A DNA stretch of 64,000 nucleotides from Chrysomallon squamiferum (GCA_012295275.1 CM022667.1:744001-808000), one strand, 5' to 3'; shown: positions 45,445 to 58,260, numbered from the stretch's first letter. Numbers and translations are program-made. Notes: generated by a model from the sequence alone, not told the origin.

Positions 45445-45740
45445 ACATGTAGCACAGTGTTATTACTAATTTGTAACACAGTGTTATTTGTTAATATGTA
45501 ATACATTGTAATGTTGTAATATGTAACACTGTTATTAATTAATATGTAGCACAGTGTTATTATTTAATGTGTAATACATTGTAATGTTGTAATATGTAAC
45601 ACAGTGTTATTAATTAATATGTTACACATTGTTATTAGTTAATATGTAATACAGTGTAGTGTTGTAATATGTAACACAGTGTTATTAATTAATATGTAGC
45701 ACAGTGTTATTAGTTAACATGTAATACACTGTAGTGTTGC
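45445..45740. repeat. Degenerate minisatellite (aatatgtaacacagtgttatta)
   Basis: Repeats run up to the exon 10 acceptor. Confidence 0.85.
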
Positions 45741-45753
45741 TGTTTTGTTCTAG

Positions 45754-45894
45754 AACCCTCTGATGGGTCCTGTGACTCTGCTATGTGCAGTGATGAGTGT
45801 GTAAGGATCCCCTCCTCCCCAGCCAAACCTTTCACCTGTCAGTGTCCAGACCAGTCGGCCAAAATCCTGTCCAGCAACAAAGCATCCTGCGAGC
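45754..45894 (+). CDS. Exon 10: EGF-like domain closing propeller 2
   Basis: ttctag|AA...GAGC|gtgagt; PSDGSCDSAMCSDECVRIPSSPAKPFTCQCPDQSAKILSSNKASCE (6 Cys); phase 1->1. Confidence 0.92.
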
Positions 45895-46379
45895 GTGAGT
45901 AGTGACCAAAGAAGTTTACATACATTTTGTTTATTTTATTGTCCATGTCGTTATTTTGATTGTTCCTATAGTGTGTGTGTGTGTGTGTGTGGGGTGAACA
46001 GTGTATGCAGTGTGTGTGTTCGTACAAGTAGCCTAAATACATTTTGGTTATTTTCTACATATCGTTAAAATAATTAAATATTTATTAAATACATTTTATC
46101 ATATACAGTTGCATAATGTTAAAAAATTGTAATATTTATTAATACAGTTTTCCATGAATCTATAACTTTCATACAGTTATATGAATTGTTTCAGGTCCTT
46201 AAAATTAATTGTAATTTTTGATTGAACAATTGAAGCTGATGAGTCTTTTGAGTCCAGGAGGGGCTAAAACCTTTTTTCATATATGTATAATAATACAATT
46301 TTTATCAACACATTTATGAACAGATTAAAATAATTTATTTATTCACCAAATGTACAGTTTATCCTTGAATTTTAAATAT

Positions 46380-47035
46380 TTACACACTTTATAATTCAAA
46401 TAAACAGTTTGAGTTGTAAATTTTAGTCATAAACCTTGTAATTTAAATAACACTTTGTTCGTAAACCTTGTAATTTAAATAAACACTTTAGTTTACAAAT
46501 ATTATAATTCAAATAAACATTTCCTGTTGTTTTAGTTGTAAATCTTGTAATTTAAATAATACTTTAGTTGTAAACCTTGTAATTTTAAATAAACACTTTA
46601 GTTTACAAACTTTATAATTCAAATAAACAGTTTGAGTTGTAACATTTAGTTGTAAACCTTGTAATTTAAATAATACTTTAGTTGTAAACCTTGTAATTTT
46701 AAATAAACACTAGTTTACAAACTTTATAATTCAAATAAACACTTTGAGTTGTAAATTTTAGTCGTAAACCTCATGATTCAAACTGACACTTTAGCTGTAA
46801 CCCTTATAATTCAAATAAGCATTTTAATTGTAATCTTTATAACATATTTAGTTGTAAACCTTATAACTCAAATAAAAACATTACTTGTAATTTATAATTC
46901 AAATAAACACTTTAGTTGTAACTTTTAATTCAAATAAACACTTTAGTTGTAACTTATGATTCAAATAAGCACTTTAGTTGTAAACATTTTAATTTAAATA
47001 AACATTTTAGTTGTAAACCTAATAATTCAAATAAG
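46380..47035. repeat. Degenerate ~30-bp minisatellite (ataattcaaataaacactttagttgtaaac)
   Basis: About 20 diverged copies. Confidence 0.88.
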
Positions 47036-47320
47036 AGTAGTAGGATATTATGATAAGTGACTTCTGTGACAATGGCATCAAATATATACCAACCAGCTGT
47101 TTTTATTTTTAGTGTTTTATTTGTGTGAATGAATATGTCAGAGATTTTAGCTGTAATTCATATAAACACTTACATATAATTTCATATACAAACACATACT
47201 CAATCATACACACATACCTGTGAACACACACAAATACACATACCACTTACACATCCACACACACCTGTACACACCCAACAATACTGTATATGCATACACA
47301 CACACACACACACACACACA

Positions 47321-47393
<73 letters not shown>

Positions 47394-47447
47394 TAACAAC
47401 TAGTAGTTACAATGAGTACTAATGGTTTTCTTTAAACACAATTTCAG

Positions 47448-47687
47448 AAAAGCTATTTTCTCCTCTCCGTTCAACGACATTCAGCCGACTGTTGTCATAG
47501 AAACCGAACATTTCATCGACGGTCTGACGGTCGACACAGACCGCCAGCGACTGTTCTGGACCGGCTACAACGACAACAGCACCGGGGTCATCGCCAGAAT
47601 GAATCTACAGCGTGGACGATCATCATACAAAGAAATACTGACCAACCTTGCTCACCCTAGAGCCATTCTGCTCATGTCAAAAAAGAA
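47448..47687 (+). CDS. Exon 11: YWTD propeller 3 (LFWTG)
   Basis: tttcag|A...AAGAA|gtaagt; KAIFSSPFNDIQP...IDGLTVDTDRQRLFWTG...LAHPRAILLMSK; phase 2->2. Confidence 0.9.
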
Positions 47688-48375
47688 GTAAGTTTGTCCT
47701 TATGAATTTTTCTATAAGGAAACAGCAAAATAAATTTTTAAGTAAAAAAATTGTGTAAATATATTTTGCAGACTTTCAAGGTATTTTTTTTTAACTTTTC
47801 AGTTTTAATTACTAATGAAGAGCATCTTTTGTGATAAGAAATGGTACAAATGTACATTCTTCTTATTTACAAGTTAGGGTTTATTGCTGCCTAATCTTTG
47901 TTAATAATAAAGTATAAACACAAAAGAATACAGATTAAAATGACCAGGGTGGTAATTTTTTTTTGTAATCATGACAAGATCATCCAGATGGTGACCAGTT
48001 TGCTATAAAGTTTGTTATAATGTTGTCATAAAATTAAATATAAAATAAAAAAACAAAGCTATCAGTCCACCATCACATATGTAATGATGTAACTACACCA
48101 TTTTAAAAGGATAAAAACGAGGCTTTGAAATATTTTATACTGTTTTATTGACATACTTAGTTATTTTGCACATTTGTCTATGTGTATATTTGTATATATG
48201 AGAACATTAAAGGGTAAAAATTTTATGATGGCACAAATGAATGTAAAATGGCATCCCAGGATGAAAAATACATGGGTTATTGGATACCTAACTATTACTT
48301 GATTGTCTTGCTTTGTTACAAGCAGACTTTCTTCATACTGTGAGATAACAAGTGTGTATGTTTTTGACATGGCAG

Positions 48376-48563
48376 GTGGCTGTTCTGGACTGAGTATGGT
48401 AAAAAGGACTCACCTGCGAGTGTTCGAAGGAGTCGGTCGAACGGTAAACACGTCAAGGTGATCATGTCATCGCGGATAGTGTGGCCCAACGCACTCGCCA
48501 GTCAGGGTGACCTCATCTATGTGGGTGATGCTTTCGGCAAAGTCTTCTCCATGAAATATGATG
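48376..48563 (+). CDS. Exon 12: propeller 3 (LFWTE, IYVGD)
   Basis: ggcag|G...GATG|gttggt; WLFWTEYGKKDSPASVRRSRSNGKHVKVIMSSRIVWPNALASQGDLIYVGDAFGKVFSMKYD; phase 2->1. Confidence 0.93.
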
Positions 48564-48782
48564 GTTGGTGATTTTAATTTTTGACATTTGATGTTTTAGT
48601 TTTAATATAGTTGGTCCTTGTCTATAAAAAAAACACAAAAAAAAAAAATATTTAAATAATAAATAAATAAATAAAACCATAATAAAGATTTTTGATGGAG
48701 TTCATATATTTTGAGTGAAAATTAATTTTTTAAATGTAACTTTGTATGTATGCATTTATATATTTATGTTTGTCTATGTAAC

Positions 48783-48823
<41 letters not shown>

Positions 48824-49032
48824 GTATTATGTGTATGATGTATGTAATGTGTATGTGTGTGTGTTTGCATATACATATGTTCATATATATGTATTAAAAA
48901 ATATATATATAAACATAAAAGATGAATATTTTATATAAAGAAGCTTTTTGTTTTCTTCTCTAAACTATTTTCATTTTTCTTATCATCACAATCATCATCA
49001 TCATCATCATTATTATTTTCTCTAATTTCCAG

Positions 49033-49239
49033 GCAGTCACTTGAAAAGACTCACATTTCTGGCTGGTTCGGTGGTACATGTGTTTGGAATGGTTGTCTAC
49101 CATAACGTATTAATCTACTCAGACTGGACCACAAAGGGAATCTACATGGTTGACCTGGTAACCGGAGACCATGAAACAATGGCATCTCACTTGTCCAGAC
49201 CTTCCAGTGTTGTTCTGTACCATCCGTCAGATCTCTCAG
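49033..49239 (+). CDS. Exon 13: propeller 3 (IYSDW)
   Basis: ttccag|GC...TCAG|gtaatt; SHLKRLTFLAGSVVHVFGMVVYHNVLIYSDWTTKGIY...RPSSVVLYHPSDLS; phase 1->1. Confidence 0.93.
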
Positions 49240-49997
49240 GTAATTATTAGTGTTTATTTAACGTTAATATTGTTCTGTTTTGTATTGGAACTGTTGTATT
49301 TAATGACATGTTTGAATTGGATTTTGACATATAAAACTTTATTATTATCAAATGTATAAAGCACACAATTTTTGCCTGAAATTTTCTTTCAGTGTTGTCT
49401 AAAATAAATTCAGTTCTTGACATATACAGTGACATCATAACTCCGGTTTTAAAGAGTTCTATTAATGTTATTTGCAACAGTTTTATTTTTAATTATCATA
49501 TTTTATTATTAAAACTGATAGTTCATATAAAAAAATAAATAATAAGTTACAAGTACACACAATTCTTTCACATCATTTATTTGTACTGCCAGTAGTGGTT
49601 TGTATAAATTGTCTGTGATGTAATAACAATTTCTTCTCTGTTATTATCATTTCAAAACCTATTAAATTTCAACTTAAAAATAATTTAATTTAATAGAACA
49701 ATGGAACAAAGTAATATATTTTGTTACATTTTATTATATATGTCTGATATTTTATTGCATTAATCAATTATATATAATGTCATATATATTTATTTTGATA
49801 TTTTTGAAAATTTTAATCATTTATTTTACTGCAAAACAAATAACATATATATTATATCATATTATAGGTCTGATATTTTTGATATTATATAAATGGTTGA
49901 AACATTTGTTTTGTTGGTTTAACCAGTGACAAGTGTTATTATATGATTTACATTTTTAATTTAACTGGATGAAAAATATTTACTTTTATTGTTTCAG

Positions 49998-50123
49998 TTC
50001 ACAACCAGTGTGTTGAAGGACATCAGAAGTGTAATCATTCCTGTGTTCCTATTCCACGATCCTACCACTGCACCTGTCCTGTAGGATCCAAGCTGGCATC
50101 TGATGGAAAAAGTTGTATTCAAA
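49998..50123 (+). CDS. Exon 14: EGF-like domain closing propeller 3
   Basis: tttcag|TT...CAAA|gtaggt; HNQCVEGHQKCNHSCVPIPRSYHCTCPVGSKLASDGKSCIQ; phase 1->1. Confidence 0.94.
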
Positions 50124-50354
50124 GTAGGTTCTTTTATCTTTTCTAGAAAATATATATATATATATTTTTCATTGTGTGTGTGTTTGAGATACAGAGATAC
50201 AGCTTGTATGTGAAATTACATGAGTGTGGGTGCATGTTTATGTATATATGTATATGTATGTGTATGTATGTATGTATATATATGTATGTATGTATATGTG
50301 TATATATATGTATATATATATATATACATGTCTATCTATCTATCTATATCTATC

Positions 50355-50417
<63 letters not shown>

Positions 50418-50515
50418 CACAAAATTAAAGGGTTGAGACATTGTTTATTGCTTAATGTAATTCACTGATGATATAAACATAGTAAAGTAAATAACACCCT
50501 ATATAAAAGGTACTA

Positions 50516-50670
50516 CATTGCATTGTATTGTTTTGTATTGCATTGTATCACATTGTATTGTATTGTACTATATTGTATTGTATTGTACTGTATTGTATTA
50601 CATTGTATTGTGTTGTATTGTATTGCATTGTATTACATTGTATTGTATTGTATTGTATTGTATTGTATTT
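50516..50670. repeat. (TATTG)n pentanucleotide array abutting the exon 15 acceptor
   Basis: Directly visible. Confidence 0.95.
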
Positions 50671-50674
50671 GAAG

Positions 50675-50818
50675 TGCCCAGCCCCTGGGAGAGAACTGAG
50701 GAGACCCTGTGTTCACACAACTGTGGGTACCACGCAGTCTGTGCTCAACTGATCCCCACCCTCAGGTACCAGTGTGTTTGTCAGGCTGGTTACCAGGGAG
50801 ATGGAAAGTCTTGTACAG
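50675..50818 (+). CDS. Exon 15: EGF-like domain (EGF_3 type)
   Basis: tttgaag|TG...ACAG|gtgaga; PSPWERTEETLCSHNCGYHAVCAQLIPTLRYQCVCQAGYQGDGKSCT; phase 1->1. The acceptor is an AAG directly after (TATTG)n. Confidence 0.88.
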
Positions 50819-51208
50819 GTGAGATACAGCTGAAAGTTTCTGTTAATTTCTGTTTAACGTCCAAAGTATCTGATAGGTTTGGTAGGTTTCTATTTATGAA
50901 TTTACAATATAAGAATTTTATAATCTCTTTTTACTTATTCAGAAAAGTTTACCTTTGGTGATAGGAAGAAATGTCCAAGTTATGTTTTATTTTATTTTAT
51001 TTTTTTATTATTTTTTTGCCAAAATTGTCACAGTCACCTGTGTTGCCATCCATTCTCAATTAATAATTGTAGACATGTGAAAACATGATAAAATAGCTTA
51101 AACTGGTAGAATAAAAATGTTTTAAATTTGTTACTGTTGTATTATTAAAAGAGCTTTTTTTCATTTTGTTATTTATTTATTGATTATTTAATTATTCCTG
51201 GGTTTAAG

Positions 51209-51355
51209 GTTGTCCCAAGGATTCCTTCAAGGCAAAACTGGGAAATGATTCCTGTCTGCCATGCAGTCCAGGAATGACAACTAAAGGAATTACCACGGCA
51301 ACTGAATGTTTTTGTGAAGACCCAAATTTGTATCCTGTGAATGGAGTATGCACAG
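51209..51355 (+). CDS. Exon 16: Eph-receptor-like Cys-rich module
   Basis: tttaag|GT...ACAG|gtaaaa; GCPKDSFKAKLGNDSCLPCSPGMTTKGITTATECFCEDPNLYPVNGVCT, matching the Eph CPxxxFKxxxGxxxCxPC pattern; phase 1->1. Confidence 0.9.
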
Positions 51356-51619
51356 GTAAAAATAAATAAAATATAAAATAAATAAATAAATAAATAAATA
51401 ATGATTATGAATTTTTTTTAAATGAAAAAAAAAAAATAAATAAAAAATATTATTTTATACCAATTTAAATAGGGAACCTAATTAAGACACACAAACACAC
51501 ACACAAAAAAATAATCAAATACCAGGCAAAAACATGATAAAGTTTAAAGTTTATAATAAAATGCTTTTTATTAGCAGAGATAATAAATAAAACTTCAATT
51601 ATCTTTAAAAGTATCATTT

Positions 51620-52055
51620 ATTACATTTAAAAGGATCCAAATTACATTTAAAAGTAGAATTTATTTAAATATAATCACCTTTTGTTTTGAATTACATTTA
51701 AATGTATCAGCTGTTGCTGTGAATTACATTTAAATATATCATCTGGTACTATGAATTACATCTTTACATATCAGCTGTTGTTACAAATTACATTTAAATA
51801 TATCATCTGTTGCTGTGAATTACATTTAAATGTACCAACTGAATTCATTTCAAAATATCACCTATTCACAAATTTCATTTAAATATAACCTGCTGTTATG
51901 AATTATATTTAAATATATCAATATTGTACAAATTACATTTATATATATGTTGCTGTGAATTACATTTAAATATATCATCTGTTGCTGTGAATTACATTTA
52001 AATATATCATCTGTTATAATGCATTACATTTAAATCATACAAATCACCTGTTGCT
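51620..52055. repeat. ~31-bp minisatellite (gaattacatttaaatatatcatctgttgctgt)
   Basis: About 13 diverged copies. Confidence 0.85.
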
Positions 52056-52165
52056 ATGATTGTCTCTGTCACAGAATATGGTAATATTTGTTCATATCTT
52101 TATCATCCTATTAATTGTTTTGTATTTATTATAACTATTTTTTTTTTTTTTTTTGGAATTTTCAG

Positions 52166-52402
52166 AAACCACAGTAAAAATGGAAACAACTGCAGCTACC
52201 ACAACCAGAGTCACAAAGCCATCCATTTTTTACAACCAGACACTCAGCACTTTCATTATGGAATCAGAGGTCACGACAGATGATGTCGTTGTCATGACAA
52301 CCCAGGATGAATTTGATGAAACTGTTTCCATAACAACCGAACCACCAATGGAGCCAATGGTGATACCTTTTGAAGATACAGTAGTGGAGAAAGAAGTTAT
52401 TG
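52166..52402 (+). CDS. Exon 17: Thr/Glu-rich mucin-like stalk
   Basis: tttcag|AA...ATTG|gtaaat; ETTVKMETTAATTTRVTKP...TTEPPMEPMVIPFEDTVVEKEVI; phase 1->1. Confidence 0.88.
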
Positions 52403-52919
52403 GTAAATGTTATTCACTATTTAAAACACCCGCACTTGTCTTAGTAATTTTCTTGTATTATGGATGTATTTGTAGGAAGACTTGTTACATTTATAATTAC
52501 AGTCCTTGATATATATATATATATATGTAATATAGATCCTAATTACATAGATCCATGCTTACTTAGTAATTTTCTGGTTTATTTTTTTTTAAATTAAACA
52601 ATTTATATTGTTATGTTCCTATGACATACTAGTACTGTATAAAGTGTGCTTTGAGTTATACAGAGTTTGGCAGAATTATTGATCTATCTAAGTTAAGCAG
52701 TATCAGTTTTTCATAATATATATTATTTTATTTGTAAACACACATGAATGCTGATATATGTATGTAAATATACATACAGACATGGTCACATTTATATGCA
52801 TTTGCATAAGGACAAACATGACTATACACAAAAAGACTCACATAGCCAGCTATTCACACACACACACACACACACACACGTGTCTTAATTTATAACATAA
52901 AATTTTTTTCCTTTCATAG

Positions 52920-53192
52920 GAAAACCTTACTTTGATGGTTGTCCCCATGGTGATGTCATGGTGATGTCACTATCTCCACAGACCAATGAAGTCAAACTGC
53001 CTCTGTCATCATGGATTGCCAAGGATTCCTATGGCAACCGTCTGCCAATCACATCAAACTATCCAATTCGCGAAGACAAGGTGATACTGGAGTGGGTAGC
53101 CAATGGTCAGGAGGGAGAACAGACAGTCATTTTTCAGGCCGAGGACAACTGGAAACAGAAAACTACTTGTCAGTTCAAAGTGCTTATTGATG
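52920..53192 (+). CDS. Exon 18: divergent HYR domain
   Basis: tcatag|GA...GATG|gtaagt; KPYFDGCPHGD...AKDSYG...TVIFQAEDNWKQKTTCQFKVLI; phase 1->1. Confidence 0.9.
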
Positions 53193-53695
53193 GTAAGTTG
53201 AAATTATTATTTTTTGACAAATACTTTAACATACTGAATGCTTTAACACAACCTGAGTGTTATTATATCTATTGTTTTACATATCACATACTTAGAGCAT
53301 ATACTGGGATATATTCATTAATTAACATCACATACTTAGAGCACAGCTTTGATATATCTATTATTTAACATATTCCATGCTTAGAGCACATGACATATCT
53401 ATTATTTTTTAATAAAATAACATGATTATAACACAACCATGGCATATCCAGTATTTAACTTATCACATATGCTTGGAGCATGATTATGATATATCCATTA
53501 TTTAGTATATGACATGATTAGAACACATGATACATGATATATCCAGTTTTAACATACTAAAATGCTTTGAACATAACCATAATATAACCACTATTTAACA
53601 TATCACAATCTTATAGCACAAACAAGATATATATTCATTATTTTCAACTTGTCTAATGTCTTATTGAATTATTTTGAAATCATTTTTGAAAACAG

Positions 53696-53935
53696 ATCTG
53701 GTGCCACCGAAGTTTACCTACTGTCCCAGTGATTTGGTTATAAAAACTGAACGCCATGCGGAAAGAGTTCTCTTCCCGAACCCTGTTGCTGTTGACAATG
53801 TGGGCGTGGTGTCGCTGACGGGGACTCACAAGTCTGACTCTGAGTTTCAGCAGGGAGCGACGGTTGTAAAACACACAGCAGTCGATAAAGCTGGAAATGT
53901 AGCCACGTGTAATTTCACTGTCACCGTTATTCAAG
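53696..53935 (+). CDS. Exon 19: canonical HYR domain
   Basis: aacag|AT...CAAG|gtacga; DLVPPKFTYCPSD...PVAVDNVG...FQQGATVVKHTAVDKAGNVATCNFTVTV; phase 1->1. Confidence 0.95.
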
Positions 53936-54859
53936 GTACGAAAATTTAAAAAAATATATATATATATATATATTTATTTTATTTTTATTAAAACTGTAAT
54001 TTGTGTTTTGAAAGTGGACATTATAATCACTGACATTACTATTGATGTTGCAGTTATTGTTATAATGTTATTATTATTATCATAACTTGTCTGTGGTTAT
54101 GGTTACTGTTGTAATTATTGTTATTATTATTAGTAGTAGTTGTAGTAGTAATAGTACTACAACTGTTACTATAGTTATTATTACTTCAGATATTATTATT
54201 ATTTTATTTTTTTTTTTTGTATTATCTATGAAATAATTTTGATTTTATCTTTATTGCTTGTGTTTTGTATTATTATTATTATTGTGTTATTATTATTATT
54301 TTCTATTAATTATCTTATTAATTTTAGCCAAAAACATTAATGTGTGTAAACAAATATTCAATAAACATGTTAACATATTTTTTATACATTGAGGTTGATA
54401 AACAGATTAATTCTTAAATTTATATTTATAAACATGTTAACATATTTTATACACATTGTGGCTGTTAAACAGATTAATTATTTCATTTATGTCTAGAATT
54501 GTAACAAGGAATATTATTAATAATAATAACATTGTTAAACATAAAATAACATTAAGGTATTATTTTTAAAAAAACACTGAATCATCAAAGGAATTGTAAA
54601 TCTGATAACTGTGTCTTTGTACCATTAAATTCATCAGCTGTTCTTTGTAATATTTAAACATATATTATTTAAGTTTTCAGAGAATGCTTTGCCAGATTCA
54701 AACACTAATTACTTAATATAAACATAAATTATTTAAATTTAAACACACACACACACACACACACACATATGTATATGTATATATGTATAATTGTATGTGT
54801 ATGTATGTTTGTATGTACAATTGTATGTGTGTGTATATTCTCAGAGAATGTTCTTTGCC

Positions 54860-55172
54860 ATATTTAAACACTTATTACTTAATTCAAACACTTATTACTT
54901 AATTCAAACACATATGTATATGTATTAGTTTAAACACTTATTATGTATGTTTCAAACACTTATTGTGTATATTCTCAAAGAGAATGTTATTTGCCATATT
55001 TAAACACTTATTACTTAATTTAAACACTTATTACTTAGTTCAAACACTTATTACTTAGTTCAAACACTTATTACTTAGTTCAAACACATATTACTTAGTT
55101 CAAACACTTATTACTTAGTTCAAACACTTATTACTTAGTTTAAACACTTATTACTGAATTTAAACACTTACA
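54860..55172. repeat. 20-bp minisatellite (aaacacttattacttagttc)
   Basis: Near-perfect copies ending ~40 nt before exon 20. Confidence 0.93.
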
Positions 55173-55209
55173 TTATTTATTTTAAACAACCTTACAATCA
55201 AGAATTTAG

Positions 55210-55353
55210 CGTTTGTCTGTGGTCGCCCACCAGAGAAGCAGTGCAACCACGCCGTCAATCCCGTGGGCATGTTTGGCAGATCGTTCAACTGCATGATTGT
55301 GGAAGACGTCGTCAAACTGACCACACTGATGACGTCGCAGGAACCTTGTCTGC
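55210..55353 (+). CDS. Exon 20: 4-Cys segment (possibly degenerate sushi/CCP-like)
   Basis: tttag|CG...CTGC|gtaagt; AFVCGRPPEKQCNHAVNPVGMFGRSFNCMIVEDVVKLTTLMTSQEPCL; phase 1->1. Confidence 0.8.
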
Positions 55354-55366
55354 GTAAGTGGTTACA

Positions 55367-55790
55367 GTTTACAAGCAGTGGTTGGAACAAAAAGACTAAA
55401 TATGTTTACAAGCAATGATAGGAACAAAAAGACTAAATATGTTTACAAGCAATGATAGGAACAAAAAGTTTGGCAGTGGTTGGAACACAAAAAGATAAAT
55501 ATGTTTCAAACTGGGAACAAATGACTAAATATGTTTACAAGCAATGATAGGAACAAAAAGACTAAATATGTTTACAAGCAGTGGTTGGAACAAAAAGACT
55601 AAATATGTTTACAAACAGTGGTGGGAACAAAAAAACTAAATATGTTTACAAGCAATGATAGGAACAAAAAGACTAAATATGTTTAAGAGCAGTGGTTGGA
55701 ACAAAAAGACTAAATATGTTTACAAGCAATGATAGGAACAAAAAGACTAAATATATTTACAAACAGTGGTTGGAACAAAAATAATAAATA
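55367..55790. repeat. 37-bp minisatellite (gtttacaagcaatgataggaacaaaaagactaaatat)
   Basis: About 11 copies starting 14 nt after the exon 20 donor; two variant types are interspersed. Confidence 0.93.
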
Positions 55791-56494
55791 TATCTTGAAT
55801 ACATTCTAAATGTTTCTTGTTAATGAACATATTTAATGAAAAACAAGTATATAGCTTATATATATCTTAAATATTTCTAATTTATTATTTTTACATCTTT
55901 ATTATTTGACACTGATATTTGTTAATAATTACGTTTGATATACATTTTGAATATTTCCAAGTATGTTATTTTATATATTTAATATTTGATGCCAATCTTT
56001 ACTACTAATAAAGTTTAATAATAATAAAACAAGCTCTTGAGGATGATGTTATTTCTGTTGTTTTATGATGTGAGTAAGGAATATTAATAAATCCACCAAG
56101 TGCTAATCTGTGTTTCAACAAAAAAAAAAAGCTTAAATTGAAATTAAAATGAAATAAATTGAAAACTAAACTTCAGCCCAAAACCCAAAATTAAACCTAA
56201 GAACTACATAAGACAATTCATCACTAAACTAAATTTAAAAAAAAAAAAAAATTTAAATGAATTTAACAAAAATAAGCAATAAAGTAGCTGATATACTTGT
56301 GTTGCTTATTTTTGTTAAATTATTATTTTTTATAAATAAATAAATAAACAAATAAATAAAAATAAATATATATATAAATAAATAAATAAACAAACAAACA
56401 AACAAACAAACAAACAAACAATCAATCAAACAAACAAACAAACAAACAAATAAACAAATAAATAAAAATAAAATAATAATCATTTTTCTCACAG

Positions 56495-56749
56495 GTAAAA
56501 GACGACCGACGTCTGTACGTCAGGAGTTCAGTCTGAGTTTCAACGGACCGTGCGACCCCCATGATACGACCCTCATCTCTGAACTCTCCACAGCCGTCAT
56601 GGAGTATCTGGAGGCACGGAACCTCTGCAAAAGTGGGCGGAGTGCAGCTTCAGCAACATGACCATCCACTGTGGCCCTGACGTCGTCAAGAAGAGAAGAT
56701 ACGTTGAGGACAAGTTTGGAGTGAAGTGGAACATCACCATTGACAACAG
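56495..56749 (+). CDS. Exon 21: Cys-containing juxtamembrane module with polybasic site; contains a 1-nt frameshift near 56629-56640
   Basis: tcacag|GT...AACAG|gttgag; RKRRPTSVRQEFSLSFNGPCDPHD...RNLCK[shift]AECSFSNMTIHCGPDVVKKRRYVEDKFGVKWNITIDN. Confidence 0.85.
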
Positions 56750-57684
56750 GTTGAGACCCTGAATAAGATCATTTATATTTGACAGTCATCTTAGTTGTAG
56801 CATACATGTTCCGTTTTTCTTTTTAAAGTTCTTTTTGATATAATGATGATAAAACATTCATGTTTTCATCATTTGTTTTTTTGAATGTTAATTTTTTACT
56901 TATAAAAGACAAAACAATGATGTTTTGATGCTGGATAGTGTTTCATTGGTTGAACTGTTAATGATTGTTGTTAAAAATCTTCTTTGTTATTATTATTATT
57001 TTACTTATCAAAGTGAAATATCTTTTATTTAAAGGATTAAATACTTTTGCATTTTTTAAATGGAATTTATAATTCACAAAATGATATTTATTTATTTGTT
57101 TATTTATTTTTATTAATTAATTAATTTATTTGTTATTATTTCATTTCTTTCTTTTTTTTTTTTATTATCAATTTATTTTTTATTTAATTTATTTTAAATA
57201 TTTAAATTTATTTATTTTTTATTAAATATAATTTATAATCTTTATTTCTTTAATGATTTTTTATTTATTTTTATTTATTTTGATTAATTTATTTTAATTT
57301 ATTATTTATTTATTATTGATTTTGTTTGTTTTAAAAGCCATTTATTCTACTTATTTTTGAACTTATTTATTTATTTATTTATTTTATTTTATTTTTTTTT
57401 TTTATTTTTTAATTATTTTTTTTTTTAAATTTTATTTTTTTTTTTTTGTTTTATTTTACTTACTTACATACTTACAAACTTACTAATATTTATTTTTTTT
57501 TTTTATTTTTTTTATTTTATCTTATTTCTTTTTTTTTTATTTTATTTTATCATTTCATAATTTTACTTACTTACATACTTACATACTTACATATTTATTT
57601 ACTTACATACTTACCTACTTACATACTTACATACTTACTTACCTACTTACTTACTAACATATTAATTAATTAATTTATTTCAAG

Positions 57685-57872
57685 TACTGGGTTCAGCAGG
57701 TCGCAGGTGGAGTCGATTCTGTTCAACATAAAGATTGAGTTGATGAAACTTGCTGCTGCTCTCTCCATCGTCGTTGACAAGCAGCACTACACCACCGTCC
57801 CTGGCACCGTGGTGACGTCACAGCTGCAGTGGGTGTGTCAGACAGGGGAGATGGTCTATGAGGACGGGTGTG
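57685..57872 (+). CDS. Exon 22: helical/linker region leading into the GCC module
   Basis: ttcaag|T (in-frame alternative starts at 57697 and 57700)...TGTG|gtgagt; TGFSRSQVESILFNIKIELMKLAAALSIVVDKQHY...WVCQTGEMVYEDGC; phase 2->1. Confidence 0.85.
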
Positions 57873-58197
57873 GTGAGTTTGAAAAAAATATTTTTAATAT
57901 ATAATAGTTATAATAATACTAATGTTGAAGATAAAATATTGATGTACACATGTGAATAAAATAATTTTGTACCTCATTTATTTTTGCTATTATGTGAAAA
58001 TGTTAAAAGTATTTTTTGTTTTATTATTTTTATATATATATATTCATACATATGTACATAATTATTTTGACATCATTGTGCAGTTATAAATGTAAATGTA
58101 GAGGTATGTTATTATTATTTTAATTATTATTTTTATTCTTCTTGTTCTTGTTCTTGTTCTTTTTATTATTATTATTTATTTTTTATTATTATTATTA

Positions 58198-58260
<63 letters not shown>

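Noticed and set aside
54860-55790. Regular 20- and 37-bp repeats superficially resembling a CRISPR array
   Set aside because: The copies are head-to-tail with no unique spacers, there are no cas genes, and the context is a eukaryotic intron.
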